A stretch of 64,000 nucleotides of DNA. Origin: a bacterium. Its GTDB lineage: Bacteria; Blakebacterota; Blakebacteria; Blakebacterales; JAWOFN01. The notes beneath the pieces are model-generated. The model made no database searches, had not been told where the DNA came from, and saw only the letters and a program-made list of their open reading frames with translations. The position numbers were made by a program, and so were the translations under genes. This document shows positions 18,794-28,534 of this stretch, piece by piece; the first letter of the stretch is position 1, and each line of letters begins with the position of its first letter. The stretch is from the NCBI GenBank assembly GCA_046497505.1, contig JAWOFN010000112.1, positions 8,834-72,833 on the forward strand. The letters run 5' to 3'.

Positions 18794-18935
18794 GCAGGGC
18801 TCCTGACCTCAGGCGTGGGCAGGAGGATGGTAAGATGGCGCCTGCTTGGCTGTCCAGGCCCCGGTCGCCGCAGGGAGGAGGTCGCCCTCTACCGGGGACC
18901 GGGCCGCCGCTATCGGTCCGGGGCGGCGGAGAGGG

Positions 18936-20060
18936 CTACATGAGGGTGGCCAGGAAGATCCCCGCCGCCACCGCCGAACCGATGACCCCCGAGACGTTGG
19001 GGGCCATGGCCTGCATGATCACGTAGTTCTCCGGGTCCTCCTGGGCGCACACCATCTGACAGACCCTGGCGGAGTCCGGTACGGCAGATACCCCGGCGGC
19101 TCCGATCACCGGGTTGATCTTCTCCCTGCTGACCAGGTTGAGCAGCTTGGCGAACATCAGCCCCGCCGCGGTGGCGACCGCGAAGGAGGCCGCCCCCAGG
19201 GCGAAGATCATGATGCTCTCGGGCGTGAGGAACCGGCTCGCGTCGGTGGAGGTGCCCACGGTGAACCCGAGCAGGATGGTGATGATATCGATGAAGGCGG
19301 TCCGGGCCGTCTTGGCCAGGCGCTCCGTGACCCCCGATTCTTTCAGGAGGTTCCCGAAGAAGAGCATCCCAAGCAGGGGGATGGAGCCGGGTGCGATGAA
19401 TGCGGTGAGCAGGAAGGCGACCACGGGGAAGATCATGCGCAGCCTGGCACTCGGCTGGGGGGAGGGCTTCATCCGGATCAGCCGTTCCTCCCGGCTGGTG
19501 AGGAGCCGGATGATGGGGGGCTGTATCACCGGCACCAGGGCCATATAGGAATAGGCCGCCACCGCGATGGCACCCAGGTACTGCGGGGCCATCTGCGAGG
19601 AGAGGAAGATGGCGGTGGGACCGTCCGCGCCCCCGATGATGCCGATGGCGGCGGCCTCGTGCATCTCGAAGCCGAGAGCCAGCGACCCCAGGAAGGTCAG
19701 GAAGATACCGGCCTGAGCCGCCGCACCCAGCAGGATGAGCCGGGGGTTGGCCAGCATGGCCGAGAAGTCGGTCATCGCCCCGATACCCAGGAAGATCAGG
19801 GGCGGGTACCACCCCTGGCGGACACCCTGGTAGAGGATGCTGAGGACGCTCCCCTCCTCGTACACCCCGAGGTTCATCCCCGCCTGGAAGGGGATGTTGC
19901 CCACGAGGATCCCGAAACCGATGGGGACCAGCAGCAGGGGTTCGTAGTCCTTGCTGATGGCCAGGTAGATGAACACGCACCCCACCACGATCATGATGAG
20001 GTTGCCCAGGGTGAAGTGCCCGAGGGCACCGGCCTGGAGGAACTCGCGAAGGATGGTCAT
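18936..20060 (-). CDS. Na+-translocating decarboxylase membrane beta subunit (OadB/MmdB/GcdB family)
   Basis: 374 aa polytopic protein with conserved family segments (GAMTDFSAMLANPR, IGGADGPTAIF, NLLKESGVTERL). Confidence 0.85.
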   Translation of the reverse strand: MTILREFLQAGALGHFTLGNLIMIVVGCVFIYLAISKDYEPLLLVPIGFGILVGNIPFQAGMNLGVYEEGSVLSILYQGVRQGWYPPLIFLGIGAMTDFSAMLANPRLILLGAAAQAGIFLTFLGSLALGFEMHEAAAIGIIGGADGPTAIFLSSQMAPQYLGAIAVAAYSYMALVPVIQPPIIRLLTSREERLIRMKPSPQPSARLRMIFPVVAFLLTAFIAPGSIPLLGMLFFGNLLKESGVTERLAKTARTAFIDIITILLGFTVGTSTDASRFLTPESIMIFALGAASFAVATAAGLMFAKLLNLVSREKINPVIGAAGVSAVPDSARVCQMVCAQEDPENYVIMQAMAPNVSGVIGSAVAAGIFLATLM

Positions 20061-20082
20061 GGATCGGTCCGGTGGCTTGGGG

Positions 20083-20502
20083 CTACTCGAGTTCGACCAG
20101 GACCTGGCCCTCGCGCACCGAGTCTCCGGCCGCGACGGGGATGGCCTTCACCTTCCCGCTGGCGGGGGCGGCGATCGACGTGTTCATCTTCATCGCCTCG
20201 ACGACCAGCAGGGTCTGTCCCTTGCTCACCTCGTCACCCACCTCCGCCTTCAGTTCCACCACGGTCCCGGCGATGGGAGAGGCCACCGCCCCCCCCAGGT
20301 CCTTGCCCCCCGCGGCACCCGCAGGGGTCCGGGAGGGTGCGGAGCCGGGTGGGGGGGCCGGAGGCGTCGTCGGGGAAGCGGGGCCGCCGCCCCCGGGACG
20401 TACCGCCGGGAGGGCCCCGGTCTGGGGGAATCCCTCCCCCGGGTCCAGCACCTCCACTTCCACCTCGTACGCGACACCGTGGACCGTGATCTTCAGCTTC
20501 AC
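20083..20502 (-). CDS. biotin carboxyl carrier subunit of the decarboxylase (biotinyl domain with Pro/Ala linker)
   Basis: EAMKM biotinylation motif in a C-terminal biotinyl domain. A long P/A/G-rich linker is encoded by the GC-rich 20280-20420 stretch. GTG start with an AAGGGAAG RBS. Confidence 0.8.
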   Translation of the reverse strand: MKLKITVHGVAYEVEVEVLDPGEGFPQTGALPAVRPGGGGPASPTTPPAPPPGSAPSRTPAGAAGGKDLGGAVASPIAGTVVELKAEVGDEVSKGQTLLVVEAMKMNTSIAAPASGKVKAIPVAAGDSVREGQVLVELE

Positions 20503-20547
20503 GTCGATCTTCCCTTCATGGGGGCGGGCAGCAGGCCCGCCCTCGGT

Positions 20548-20886
20548 TCAGCTCTTCTTCTTCGGCATGATGTGACTGCCGAGGAGCACCGAGCGTCCCT
20601 GGGTGGCCCAGGGGCTGTGGGGGTTCTCGGCAGGAAGCAGTCTCCGGACGCTCCGGATCCTGAAGCGGCCCTCGATCATGGTGGCGACGGCGGCCGTGAT
20701 GAGCACGAGCGTCGTGTTGTCGATGGTGGGGGAGGACTCGGCGGGGCCGGCCTCCTTCTCGGAGGCCTTCGCGAGCCGCCGCTCGTCCAGGCGGCTCATG
20801 GTCTTCACCGCCAGGGAGATGAGGGCCAGGACACCGAAGACCATCACGATGCCTGCCGCACTGAGTACCAGGCCGTTCACGGGCAT
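20548..20886 (-). CDS. OadG-like small membrane subunit of Na+-pumping decarboxylase
   Basis: 112 aa with one N-terminal TM helix (LVLSAAGIVMVFGVLALISLAV) and a hydrophilic tail. It lies between the carboxyltransferase and biotin-carrier genes as in mmdADCB/gcd operons. Confidence 0.55.
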   Translation of the reverse strand: MPVNGLVLSAAGIVMVFGVLALISLAVKTMSRLDERRLAKASEKEAGPAESSPTIDNTTLVLITAAVATMIEGRFRIRSVRRLLPAENPHSPWATQGRSVLLGSHIMPKKKS

Positions 20887-20899
20887 CCGTTCGTTCCCA

Positions 20900-22450
20900 T
20901 CAGAGGGGGATCAGACCGTGCTTCTTCTGCGGCCGCACATCCCGTTTCGCCTTGACGACCTCCAGGGCGGCCGCGAGCCAGGGCCGTGTCTCGCTGGGCT
21001 CGATGACATCGTCGATCAGCCCGCTGCCTGCCGCCTGGAACGGGTTTCCGAACCGCTCCTTGTACTCCTCGATCTTCTCCTTGCGGGTGGCTTCCGGGTC
21101 GTCGGAGGCCTGGATCTCCCGGCGGTAGAGCACGTTCACGGCCCCTTCGGCCCCCATCACTGCGATCTCACCCGTGGGCCACGCACAGGTGCGGTCCGCA
21201 CCCATGTCCTTGCTGCACATGGCCAGGTACGCTCCGCCGTACGCCTTGCGCACCACCACGGTGAGTTTCGGTACCGTGGCCGCCGCGTAGGCGAAGAGCA
21301 TCTTCGCACCGTGCCGGATGATCCCCCCGTACTCCTGCTCCACCCCGGGCATGAAGCCGGGTACATCCACCAGGGTGACGATGGGGATGTTGAACGCGTT
21401 GCAGAAGCGGATGAACCGGCTGGCCTTGTCGGAGGAATCGATGTCCAGAACACCGGCCCGCTGTATGGGCTGGTTGGCCACGACACCGATGGTGCGCCCC
21501 ATGAGGCGTCCGAACCCCACGATGATGTTGGGGGCGAAGTGCTCCTGCACCTCCAGGAAGTCCCCCTGGTCCACCACGCGCAGTATGATCTCCTTCATGT
21601 CGTAGGGATCCCGCCCCTCAGCGGGCACCACCTCGTCCAAGGAGGGGTCCCCGACCGCGGTCTCCTCGTGGTATTCGGGATAGAAGGGCGGGTCCTCCAT
21701 GTTGTTGCTGGGGAGGAAGGAGAGGAGGCGCCGGGCGATGCGTACGGCGTCTTCGTCATCCGATGCCACGAAATGCACCACACCGGAGTAGTACGCGTGG
21801 CTGGAGACGCCGCCCAGTTCCTCGGCCGTCACATCCTCTCCGGTGACCTCCTTGATCACGCTGGGGCCGGTGATGTACATCTGCCCCTCCTGCTGCACCT
21901 GGATGATGAAGTCCGTGAGGGCGGGACTGTAGGCCGCTCCGCCGGCGCAGGGTCCGGCGATGATGCTTATCTGGGGGACCACACCCGAGAGGAGGACGTT
22001 GCGGAAGAAGATCTTGCCGTACCCGGAGAGGGCATCCACCCCTTCCTGGATCCGGGCACCGGCGCCGTCGTTGACGAAGACGAAGGGGTCGCCGGTCTTC
22101 ATGGCGCTCTCCATGATCTCGGCGATCTTCCGTGCCCCGGCTTCACCCACCGAGCCGCCCGCGACGGTGAAGTCCTGGCTGGCGGTATAGACGGGTCGGC
22201 CGTCCACGATACCCGATCCGGTCACGATCCCCTCGGCCGGCATCTCCCGACCCTGCATCCCGAAATGCACGGCCTTGTGCCGCATATGGAGGTGCGTCTC
22301 CTGGAATGTATCGGGCTCGAAGAGGAGTGCGAGACGTTCGCGTGCGGTGAGTTTTCCCTTGTCGTGCTGCTTCTCGATCCGTTCCGGGCCTCCGCCCTGC
22401 ATGAGCTTCTGACGCCGTTTACGGAGGTCCTCGATCGGCTTCTCCATCAT
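20900..22450 (-). CDS. acyl-CoA carboxyltransferase subunit (methylmalonyl-CoA / glutaconyl-CoA decarboxylase alpha; propionyl-CoA carboxylase beta family)
   Basis: Two crotonase-like carboxyltransferase halves. Conserved blocks GGARIQEG, IAGPCAGGAAYSPALTDF and VTLVDVPGFMPG. Start at the tandem ATG 22450/22447 with a G-rich RBS. Confidence 0.85.
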   Translation of the reverse strand: MMEKPIEDLRKRRQKLMQGGGPERIEKQHDKGKLTARERLALLFEPDTFQETHLHMRHKAVHFGMQGREMPAEGIVTGSGIVDGRPVYTASQDFTVAGGSVGEAGARKIAEIMESAMKTGDPFVFVNDGAGARIQEGVDALSGYGKIFFRNVLLSGVVPQISIIAGPCAGGAAYSPALTDFIIQVQQEGQMYITGPSVIKEVTGEDVTAEELGGVSSHAYYSGVVHFVASDDEDAVRIARRLLSFLPSNNMEDPPFYPEYHEETAVGDPSLDEVVPAEGRDPYDMKEIILRVVDQGDFLEVQEHFAPNIIVGFGRLMGRTIGVVANQPIQRAGVLDIDSSDKASRFIRFCNAFNIPIVTLVDVPGFMPGVEQEYGGIIRHGAKMLFAYAAATVPKLTVVVRKAYGGAYLAMCSKDMGADRTCAWPTGEIAVMGAEGAVNVLYRREIQASDDPEATRKEKIEEYKERFGNPFQAAGSGLIDDVIEPSETRPWLAAALEVVKAKRDVRPQKKHGLIPL

Positions 22451-22599
22451 CTCCCCCCCTGGGTCCCTGTCCCCGGCCCTCACCCTGTGACGGCCGCCAT
22501 TCCCGGCGGGCTGAGGGTCCCGCCGATATCCTCCACAAGATAGTACCTCTCCAGCAGAGGAAAGCCCGAAATCGACAGGGTGCCGGGTGATCAGCTATC

Positions 22600-23895
22600 A
22601 TGCCCCCGCTGCCGCCACTCACCTGCCACCGCCAAGCCGCCTGGAGACCCGTGGGGACTGCCGAGAGGGCCGATGTTGTCGTCATCGGGGCCGGGATCTC
22701 CGGCTGCGCTTCCGCGTGGCATCTCCTGCACAGAGACCCCTCCCTCCGGGTGGTGCTCCTGGAATCACACCAGGTGGGGGCCGGGAGCACCTCGCGGAGC
22801 AACGCTGCCTTCCGCCACCAGTGGTCGGTCCCCGTCCACGCCGCCTTCTCACGATATTCCGCCGCCGAGTATGCCGACCTGGCCGGCCGGGGACACCCCG
22901 TGGGTTTCACTCCCAACGGCTACCTCTTCCTCTTCACCGAAGAGGAGGCGTTCCAGCAGGCCGCGGAGCGGGCCCGCAGACAGCGCCAGTCCGGCATGGA
23001 GGGGATCCGGGCCCTGCGCCCGGAACAGGTACCGGACGAGGTGCCGGGAGGTGACCTCCTCGAATTGGAGGGCCTGGCCGGAGCGGTCTGGGGGCTCCGG
23101 GACGGCTTCCTGGATCCCATGGGGGTCACGCAGGCCTACCTGGAGGAGGGCCGGGCCGCGGGGCTTGACTACCGGCAGGGTGTCCGGGCCGTCTCGCTGG
23201 TGCGAGAGGGGGGGCGCGTGACGGGAGTGGTCACCGGGGAGGGGAGCACGGTGGCCGGGTCCCGGGTCCTGCTGGCCGCCGGGGTCTGGAGCGCTTCCCT
23301 CATGCGCTCATGGCGGCTGGGACTCCCCGTCCGCCCGGCCAAGCGCTATCTCTATCACACACGGCCGGTGAGGGGGAGGGAGGTCTCCGACTGGCCCCTC
23401 ATCGTCGGGGAGCGGGGAGCCCATCTCCGTCCCTCGGAGGGGAACACCCTGCTGCTGGCCTGGGAATCACGTCCCGACCCGGAGGAGGATGTCCCGAACG
23501 GCGGGACGCTGCGGGACCGGCAGGACGCAGTCGAGGAGGGGTTCGGAACCGGCCCGGAGGGGTACGGGATGGAGGTCCTGGCCGAGCTGGCCCCCCACAT
23601 GCCCCTCCTGGCCGAAGAGGCGGCGCTTGCCGGAGTCACCTCGGGCTGGTACTGCGTGACCGGTGACCACAAGGCGATCCTCTCGGCGGACCCCCGGTTG
23701 GAGGGTCTCTATCATGCATGCGGCTTCAGCGGGCATGGGATCATGCATGGAGCGGCCACCGGACGGACCATGGCGGAACTGGTCCTGGGGGAACCCACCT
23801 CCCTCGCCCGGTTTGAGGAGATCCGTCGGCACTTCGGCCTTCAGCCGCTGCTCGAAGGGAAGACCCGGGAACCGGGGGAGGACGTGGTCATCTGA
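22600..23895 (+). CDS. FAD-dependent oxidoreductase (DAO family; glycine/sarcosine oxidase-like)
   Basis: N-terminal Rossmann VVVIGAGISGCASAW. DAO-type C-terminal GFSGHGIMHGAATG. Confidence 0.7.
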   Translation: MPPLPPLTCHRQAAWRPVGTAERADVVVIGAGISGCASAWHLLHRDPSLRVVLLESHQVGAGSTSRSNAAFRHQWSVPVHAAFSRYSAAEYADLAGRGHPVGFTPNGYLFLFTEEEAFQQAAERARRQRQSGMEGIRALRPEQVPDEVPGGDLLELEGLAGAVWGLRDGFLDPMGVTQAYLEEGRAAGLDYRQGVRAVSLVREGGRVTGVVTGEGSTVAGSRVLLAAGVWSASLMRSWRLGLPVRPAKRYLYHTRPVRGREVSDWPLIVGERGAHLRPSEGNTLLLAWESRPDPEEDVPNGGTLRDRQDAVEEGFGTGPEGYGMEVLAELAPHMPLLAEEAALAGVTSGWYCVTGDHKAILSADPRLEGLYHACGFSGHGIMHGAATGRTMAELVLGEPTSLARFEEIRRHFGLQPLLEGKTREPGEDVVI

Positions 23896-23907
23896 GGCAG
23901 AAGGGCC

Positions 23908-24126
23908 CTATACGGGTCCCTGGGCAAGGTCCATGCGGAGGTCCTTGACCAGGCCGCGGATGTCCGCGATCCCCTTGCTGCGGGCCAGTTCCTCCAGGGT
24001 CCCCCAGTACGCCTCGCCGCATACCATGCACACCACGCCCCGGTGGGCGAGAGGGCCGATGAGTTCCGGGTAGTGGTCCACCAGGTCCTCCACCAGGATA
24101 TCCCCGGTCAGGGGCGGTCTGCTCAT
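23908..24126 (-). CDS. DUF1858 domain protein (72 aa)
   Basis: ORF 23908..24504 trimmed to ATG 24126. MSRPPLTGDILVEDLVDHYPELIGPLAHRGVVCMVCGEAYWGTLEELARSKGI matches the DUF1858 pattern (conserved C..C and a helical bundle). Confidence 0.55.
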   Translation of the reverse strand: MSRPPLTGDILVEDLVDHYPELIGPLAHRGVVCMVCGEAYWGTLEELARSKGIADIRGLVKDLRMDLAQGPV

Positions 24127-24231
24127 GTCGCTCCTCCTCACTGCCCTGCGTCGATGGGTTCGATCCCTCCTCGTAAGCTGAGAGCCGCGGGGGGGAAGCA
24201 GGGGTTCGGACTTTCTCGTACCGCTCGCGCC

Positions 24232-24260
24232 TTGGACAGCTCCTCCTGTCCCGCTACAAT
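24232..24260 (+). promoter_or_regulatory. sigma70-like promoter candidate TTGGAC-N17-TACAAT upstream of the HMG-CoA synthase cluster
   Basis: Read directly: TTGGAC at 24232, a 17-nt spacer, and TACAAT at 24255. It is 135 nt upstream of the 24395 start. Confidence 0.3.
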
Positions 24261-24394
24261 GGCAGCGCCCTTGGGGGAGACCGGTCCCGAGGACCGCCCC
24301 CCGGGCTCGCCCGGATCCCGGGCACAGCAGCTGGACGACGCGGCATACCTCGGGGTGTGCCCGCACAACATCGCGCCTGCCAGGGGGATCAGCC

Positions 24395-25441
24395 ATGGTC
24401 GGTATCGTCGGGTACGGATCATACGTGCCCTGTTTCCGGATCAAAGTCGAGGAGATCGCCCGCCAGTGGGGCCAGGACCCCGAACCGGTGAAGAACGGGC
24501 TCATCGTCTACGAGAAGACGGTACCCGGCCGGGACGAGGACACCATCACCATCAGCGTGCAGGCCGCCCGCTACGCCATCCAGCGGGCGGGCATCGATCC
24601 TTCCCTCATCGGAGCGGTCTACATCGGCTCCGAGTCGCACCCCTATGCCGTCAAGCCCAGCGGTACCGTCCTCGTCGACGCGCTGGGGATCGGGCCGGAC
24701 GTGCACGTCTCGGACTACGAGTTCGCCTGCAAGGCGGGCACCGAGGCGATGTACGTGGCCATGAGCCACGTGAAGGCGGGAGAGATGCCGTACGCCCTGG
24801 GGATCGGAGCGGACACCTCCCAGGGGGCCCCCGGGGATGCCCTGGAGTACACCGCCTCGGCCGGGGGTTCCGCTTTCGTGATGGGTTCGGAGGGGGTGGT
24901 GGCCGAGTGCGAGGCCTCCTATTCCTACACCACGGATACGGCTGACTTCTGGCGGCGCGAGGGGCGGGAGTACCCCATGCACGGGGGACGGTTCACCGGG
25001 GAACCCGCCTACTTCCGTCACGTCCTCGGAGCCGCCAGGGGCCTCATGGAACGTACCGGTACCGAGGTCGGCGACTTCACCTGGGGGGTCTTCCACATGC
25101 CCAACGGCAAGTTCCCTCTCCGGGCGGCGACCACCCTCGGCTTCGAGAAGGAGCAGATCGAGCCGGGTTGGGTGGTGCGCTGGATCGGGAACACCTACTC
25201 CGGTTCCTCCCCCTGCGGGCTGTCCGCCACCCTGGATGCAGCATCACCCGGTGACCGGATCCTAATGGTCTCCTTCGGCTCGGGGGCGGGGAGCGACGCT
25301 TTCATCTGGAAGGTGACCGATCGTATCGAGGAGGTGAGAGACCGGGCCCCCCGGTTCAGCGACCTGATGGAGCGCCGGAAGATCTACCTGGACTACGGCA
25401 GGTATGCCAGCTTCCGCCGCAAGATCCTCATGAACGACTAG
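24395..25441 (+). CDS. hydroxymethylglutaryl-CoA synthase, archaeal type (UPF0219)
   Basis: N-terminus [12 protein letters not shown]..., [10 protein letters not shown] (active-site Cys), HMPNGKFP and SFGSGAGSD are characteristic of the archaeal-type HMGS. Confidence 0.8.
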   Translation: MVGIVGYGSYVPCFRIKVEEIARQWGQDPEPVKNGLIVYEKTVPGRDEDTITISVQAARYAIQRAGIDPSLIGAVYIGSESHPYAVKPSGTVLVDALGIGPDVHVSDYEFACKAGTEAMYVAMSHVKAGEMPYALGIGADTSQGAPGDALEYTASAGGSAFVMGSEGVVAECEASYSYTTDTADFWRREGREYPMHGGRFTGEPAYFRHVLGAARGLMERTGTEVGDFTWGVFHMPNGKFPLRAATTLGFEKEQIEPGWVVRWIGNTYSGSSPCGLSATLDAASPGDRILMVSFGSGAGSDAFIWKVTDRIEEVRDRAPRFSDLMERRKIYLDYGRYASFRRKILMND

Positions 25442-25492
25442 ACCCTGCGGCTCCCGTATCTGGAGGCATCCATCGGAAGGAAGGAAGAGGTC

Positions 25493-26644
25493 ATGAGAGA
25501 AGCAGCGATCGTGGGCATCGGGATGACCGACTTCGGTGAGCTCTGGGGCTCCTCGCTCCGCCAGATGTTCACCGAGGCCGCGACGGCCGCCATCGAGGAC
25601 GCGGGCGTCGATCACATCGAGAGCATGTACGTGGGCTCCATGTCCCCGGGGCTCTTCGTCCACCAGGAACACATCGGGGCCCTGCTGGCGGACTACCTGG
25701 GCGTTGCGGGGATCCCCGCCGGCCGGGTGGAGTCGGCGTGCGCGTCGGGAGGGCTGGCCCTGCGGCAGGCGGTGCTCGAGGTCCTCTCCGGGGTATCCGA
25801 GGTCGTCCTGGCCGGGGGGGTGGAGAAGATGACGGACGGGGTGGACGCCACCGACGCCCTCGCCACCGCAGCGGACCAGGAGTACGAGGCGTTCGGAGGG
25901 ATCACCTTCCCGGGACTCTACGCGCTCATGGCACGGGCCCACATGGAGAAGCACGGGACGACCCGTGAGCAGATGGCGGACGTGGCGGTGAAGAACCACG
26001 CCAACGGTGCCCTGAACCCCCGGGCCCAGTTCCGGCGCCCCATCGAACGGGCAGACGTACTCACCTCCACCCTGGTTGCGGACCCCCTGCGCCTGCTGGA
26101 CTGTTCCCCCATCACCGACGGGGCAGCGGCCGCGGTGGTGACCACCGTGGAGAGGGCACGAGAGCTGGGAGGCCCCCTGATCCGGGTCCGGGCCTCGACC
26201 ATGGCCACCGACTCCCTGGCCCTCCACGACCGCCCCGACCTCACGAGCATCCCCTCGGTGGGCCGGGCGGTGAAGAGGGCCTTCCAGGACGCCGATCTCA
26301 CCCTCGATGACATCGATGTCCTGGAGGTCCACGACTGCTTCACCATAGCGGAACTCGTGGTCATGGAAGAGATCGGTCTGGTGGAGCCGGGCTCCTCGGG
26401 TCAGGAGGTCACCGCGGGCCTCACGGCCCGGGACGGGAAGCTCCCGATCAACACCAGCGGCGGGCTGAAGTCGAAGGGTCACCCGGTGGGCGCCTCGGGC
26501 ATCGCCCAGGTGTTCGAGATCGTCGAACAGCTGCGCGGGAGCGCCGGCGAGCGGCAGATCGAGGGCGCGCGCATCGGCATGGCACAGAACATGGGCGGCT
26601 CCGGTGCGAGCTGCGTAGTCCACATCCTGGAGGCGATATCATGA
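25493..26644 (+). CDS. thiolase (acetyl-CoA C-acetyltransferase), archaeal-type partner of HMGS
   Basis: [12 protein letters not shown], active-site [17 protein letters not shown] and C-terminal GGSGAS. Strong GGAAGGAAGG RBS. Confidence 0.8.
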   Translation: MREAAIVGIGMTDFGELWGSSLRQMFTEAATAAIEDAGVDHIESMYVGSMSPGLFVHQEHIGALLADYLGVAGIPAGRVESACASGGLALRQAVLEVLSGVSEVVLAGGVEKMTDGVDATDALATAADQEYEAFGGITFPGLYALMARAHMEKHGTTREQMADVAVKNHANGALNPRAQFRRPIERADVLTSTLVADPLRLLDCSPITDGAAAAVVTTVERARELGGPLIRVRASTMATDSLALHDRPDLTSIPSVGRAVKRAFQDADLTLDDIDVLEVHDCFTIAELVVMEEIGLVEPGSSGQEVTAGLTARDGKLPINTSGGLKSKGHPVGASGIAQVFEIVEQLRGSAGERQIEGARIGMAQNMGGSGASCVVHILEAIS

Positions 26645-27036
26645 CGGTCCCACGCTATACACGCGAGATCCCCCAGCGCTACCGCCTGGAGGCGGGCCGG
26701 TGCGAGGGGTGCGGGAAGGTGAGCTTCCCCCCCCGTCAGGTGTGTCCTTCCTGCGGGGGCCGGAAGCAGGAGACCATCCGACTGGAGCCCTCCGGCACCA
26801 TCCTCTCCTACACCGCCGTACACGTGGCCGCGGAGGAGTTCGATACGGGCACCCCGTTCGTGGTCGCCGTCGTGGAGACCCCGGAGGGAGCGAGGCTCAC
26901 CGCCCAGGTGGCGGACTGCGACCCCTCGGAGGTGGCCATCGGGAAGAAGGTGCGGCTGGAACTGCGCAGGGTCCGGGAAGAGGGCAAGGCGGGCATCCTC
27001 CAGTACGGGTACACGGCGGTGCTGGGATCGGCATGA
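26641..27036 (+). CDS. DUF35 OB-fold / rubredoxin-like zinc-ribbon protein (scaffold of the thiolase/HMGS complex)
   Basis: [20 protein letters not shown] four-Cys zinc ribbon followed by an OB-fold. The ATGA overlap with the thiolase stop indicates translational coupling. Confidence 0.75.
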   Translation: MTVPRYTREIPQRYRLEAGRCEGCGKVSFPPRQVCPSCGGRKQETIRLEPSGTILSYTAVHVAAEEFDTGTPFVVAVVETPEGARLTAQVADCDPSEVAIGKKVRLELRRVREEGKAGILQYGYTAVLGSA

Positions 27037-27178
27037 TCCCGGGATTCCCTTGAATCGTCTGCGGTTTCCCCGGCTCTTTACCTTTATGAGGGGCGGGAGG
27101 AGAAGCCCACCCGCCGGATGAACCGACCCGCGCGCCTCCACGACCGTGGGGCGCCGACCGATCATGAGAGGACCGAGT

Positions 27179-27832
27179 ATGCCGTTTCTGGACGAGAAGG
27201 TACAGGGTGAGGTGAGGGAGCAGCTCGCCGAACTCGAGGAGGAGGTCTCCCTCCTGCTGTTCACCCGCGAAGAGGACTGCCAGTTCTGCGACGAGACCGC
27301 GCAGCTGCTTCGGGAGGTCGCCGATCTGAGCGCGAAGGTGAACCTGGAGGTCCGCGACCTGGAAGAGTCCATGGAGGTCGCCGAGCATTACCAGGTCGAC
27401 AAGGTGCCGGCGCTGGTGGTGCAGGGTGAGCAGGACCACGGCATCCGATTCTACGGTATCCCCTCCGGATACGAGTTCGGCTCCCTGCTCGAGATCATCC
27501 GCCTGGTGAGCAAGGACGACCCGGAACTGGGCGAGGAGCAGCGCGGGAAGCTCGCTTCCCTCGAGCACCCGGTCCACCTCCAGGTGTTCGTGACCCCGAC
27601 CTGCCCCTACTGTCCCCGGGCGGTCGTGGCGGCGCAGAAGATGGCCATGGCCAGCGAGTGGGTCCGGGCCGACATGGTGGAGGCCAGCGAGTTCCCCGAA
27701 CTGACCCAGCACTATCAGGTACAGGGCGTTCCCAGGACGATCATGAACGAGGAGCACCACATCGAGGGGGCCGTCCCCGAGGAACACCTCCTGGAATGGG
27801 TACTCTCCGAGGCGGGGTCCTCCGGAGAGTAG
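27179..27832 (+). CDS. protein disulfide oxidoreductase, glutaredoxin-like with two thioredoxin-fold units (Pyrococcus PDO-like)
   Basis: Two CxxC sites (CQFC and CPYC) separated by about 110 aa. GAGAGGA RBS. Start ATG at 27179 (MPFLDEKVQ). Confidence 0.7.
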   Translation: MPFLDEKVQGEVREQLAELEEEVSLLLFTREEDCQFCDETAQLLREVADLSAKVNLEVRDLEESMEVAEHYQVDKVPALVVQGEQDHGIRFYGIPSGYEFGSLLEIIRLVSKDDPELGEEQRGKLASLEHPVHLQVFVTPTCPYCPRAVVAAQKMAMASEWVRADMVEASEFPELTQHYQVQGVPRTIMNEEHHIEGAVPEEHLLEWVLSEAGSSGE

Positions 27833-27910
27833 CACCCGGGAGGGATCGCTCCGGGAGCGGGATGCCGGCTGGCTGTTGCAGACCCCGGCCCGGCATGCGA
27901 TGCTGGGGAC

Positions 27911-28534
27911 ATGGATCCCCCGACATCCTCCCCGAGGGAAGACCGACAGGAGAAGGAACTCCTCCAGGCCGCAGCCGAAGGGGACCCGGAGGCGTTCACC
28001 TCCCTGATGGACCTGTACGAGGACCGTCTCTTCGGCTTCGGTATGCGGATGTGCGGGCATCGGGAGGACGCGGAGGACATATTCCAGGAGACCTTCCTCA
28101 CCGCCTTCCGCAAGCTCGATCAGTATCGGGGTGAGGGGTCGCTCAAGAGCTGGCTCTTCAAGATCGCCTCCTCCCACTGCCTCAAGAAGAGGCGGAAGCG
28201 GTCAGGTGAACCGGACCAGCACCTCTCGGTAGAGGAACTAACACCCGAGCGTCTCCGCCCCATCAGTCAGGGGCCCTCCCTGACCGGCGACCCCGAGGTA
28301 CCCCTGGAGGTGGTGCTGAAGGATGAACTCTCCCGGCACATCACCGGGGCCATCGAAGCCCTCCCCCCCGACTACCGGGTGGTGCTGATGCTGCGCGACG
28401 TGGAGGGCTTCAGTACCGGGGAGACCGCGGAGATGCTCGAACTCTCCGAGTCGGCGGTCAAATCGCGTCTGCACCGGGGGCGGATGGCGGTGCGGGAGTA
28501 CCTGCAGCCCTATCTCGAGGAGGGTGCCCGATGA
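27911..28534 (+). CDS. RNA polymerase ECF sigma factor (SigR/RpoE-like)
   Basis: Sigma70 region 2 (DIFQETFLTAFRKLDQYRG) and region 4 (VLMLRDVEGFSTGETAEMLELSESAVKSRL). Confidence 0.85.
   Translation: MDPPTSSPREDRQEKELLQAAAEGDPEAFTSLMDLYEDRLFGFGMRMCGHREDAEDIFQETFLTAFRKLDQYRGEGSLKSWLFKIASSHCLKKRRKRSGEPDQHLSVEELTPERLRPISQGPSLTGDPEVPLEVVLKDELSRHITGAIEALPPDYRVVLMLRDVEGFSTGETAEMLELSESAVKSRLHRGRMAVREYLQPYLEEGAR

Noticed and set aside
20280-20420. Apparent GC/CCG-rich repetitive stretch that could be mistaken for a tandem repeat or CRISPR-like element
   Set aside because: It encodes the Pro/Ala/Gly-rich flexible linker of the biotin carboxyl carrier protein (GGGGPASPTTPPAPPPGSAPSRTPAGAAGG). Such linkers are standard in biotinyl and lipoyl carriers. 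The units are not identical and no spacers are present.
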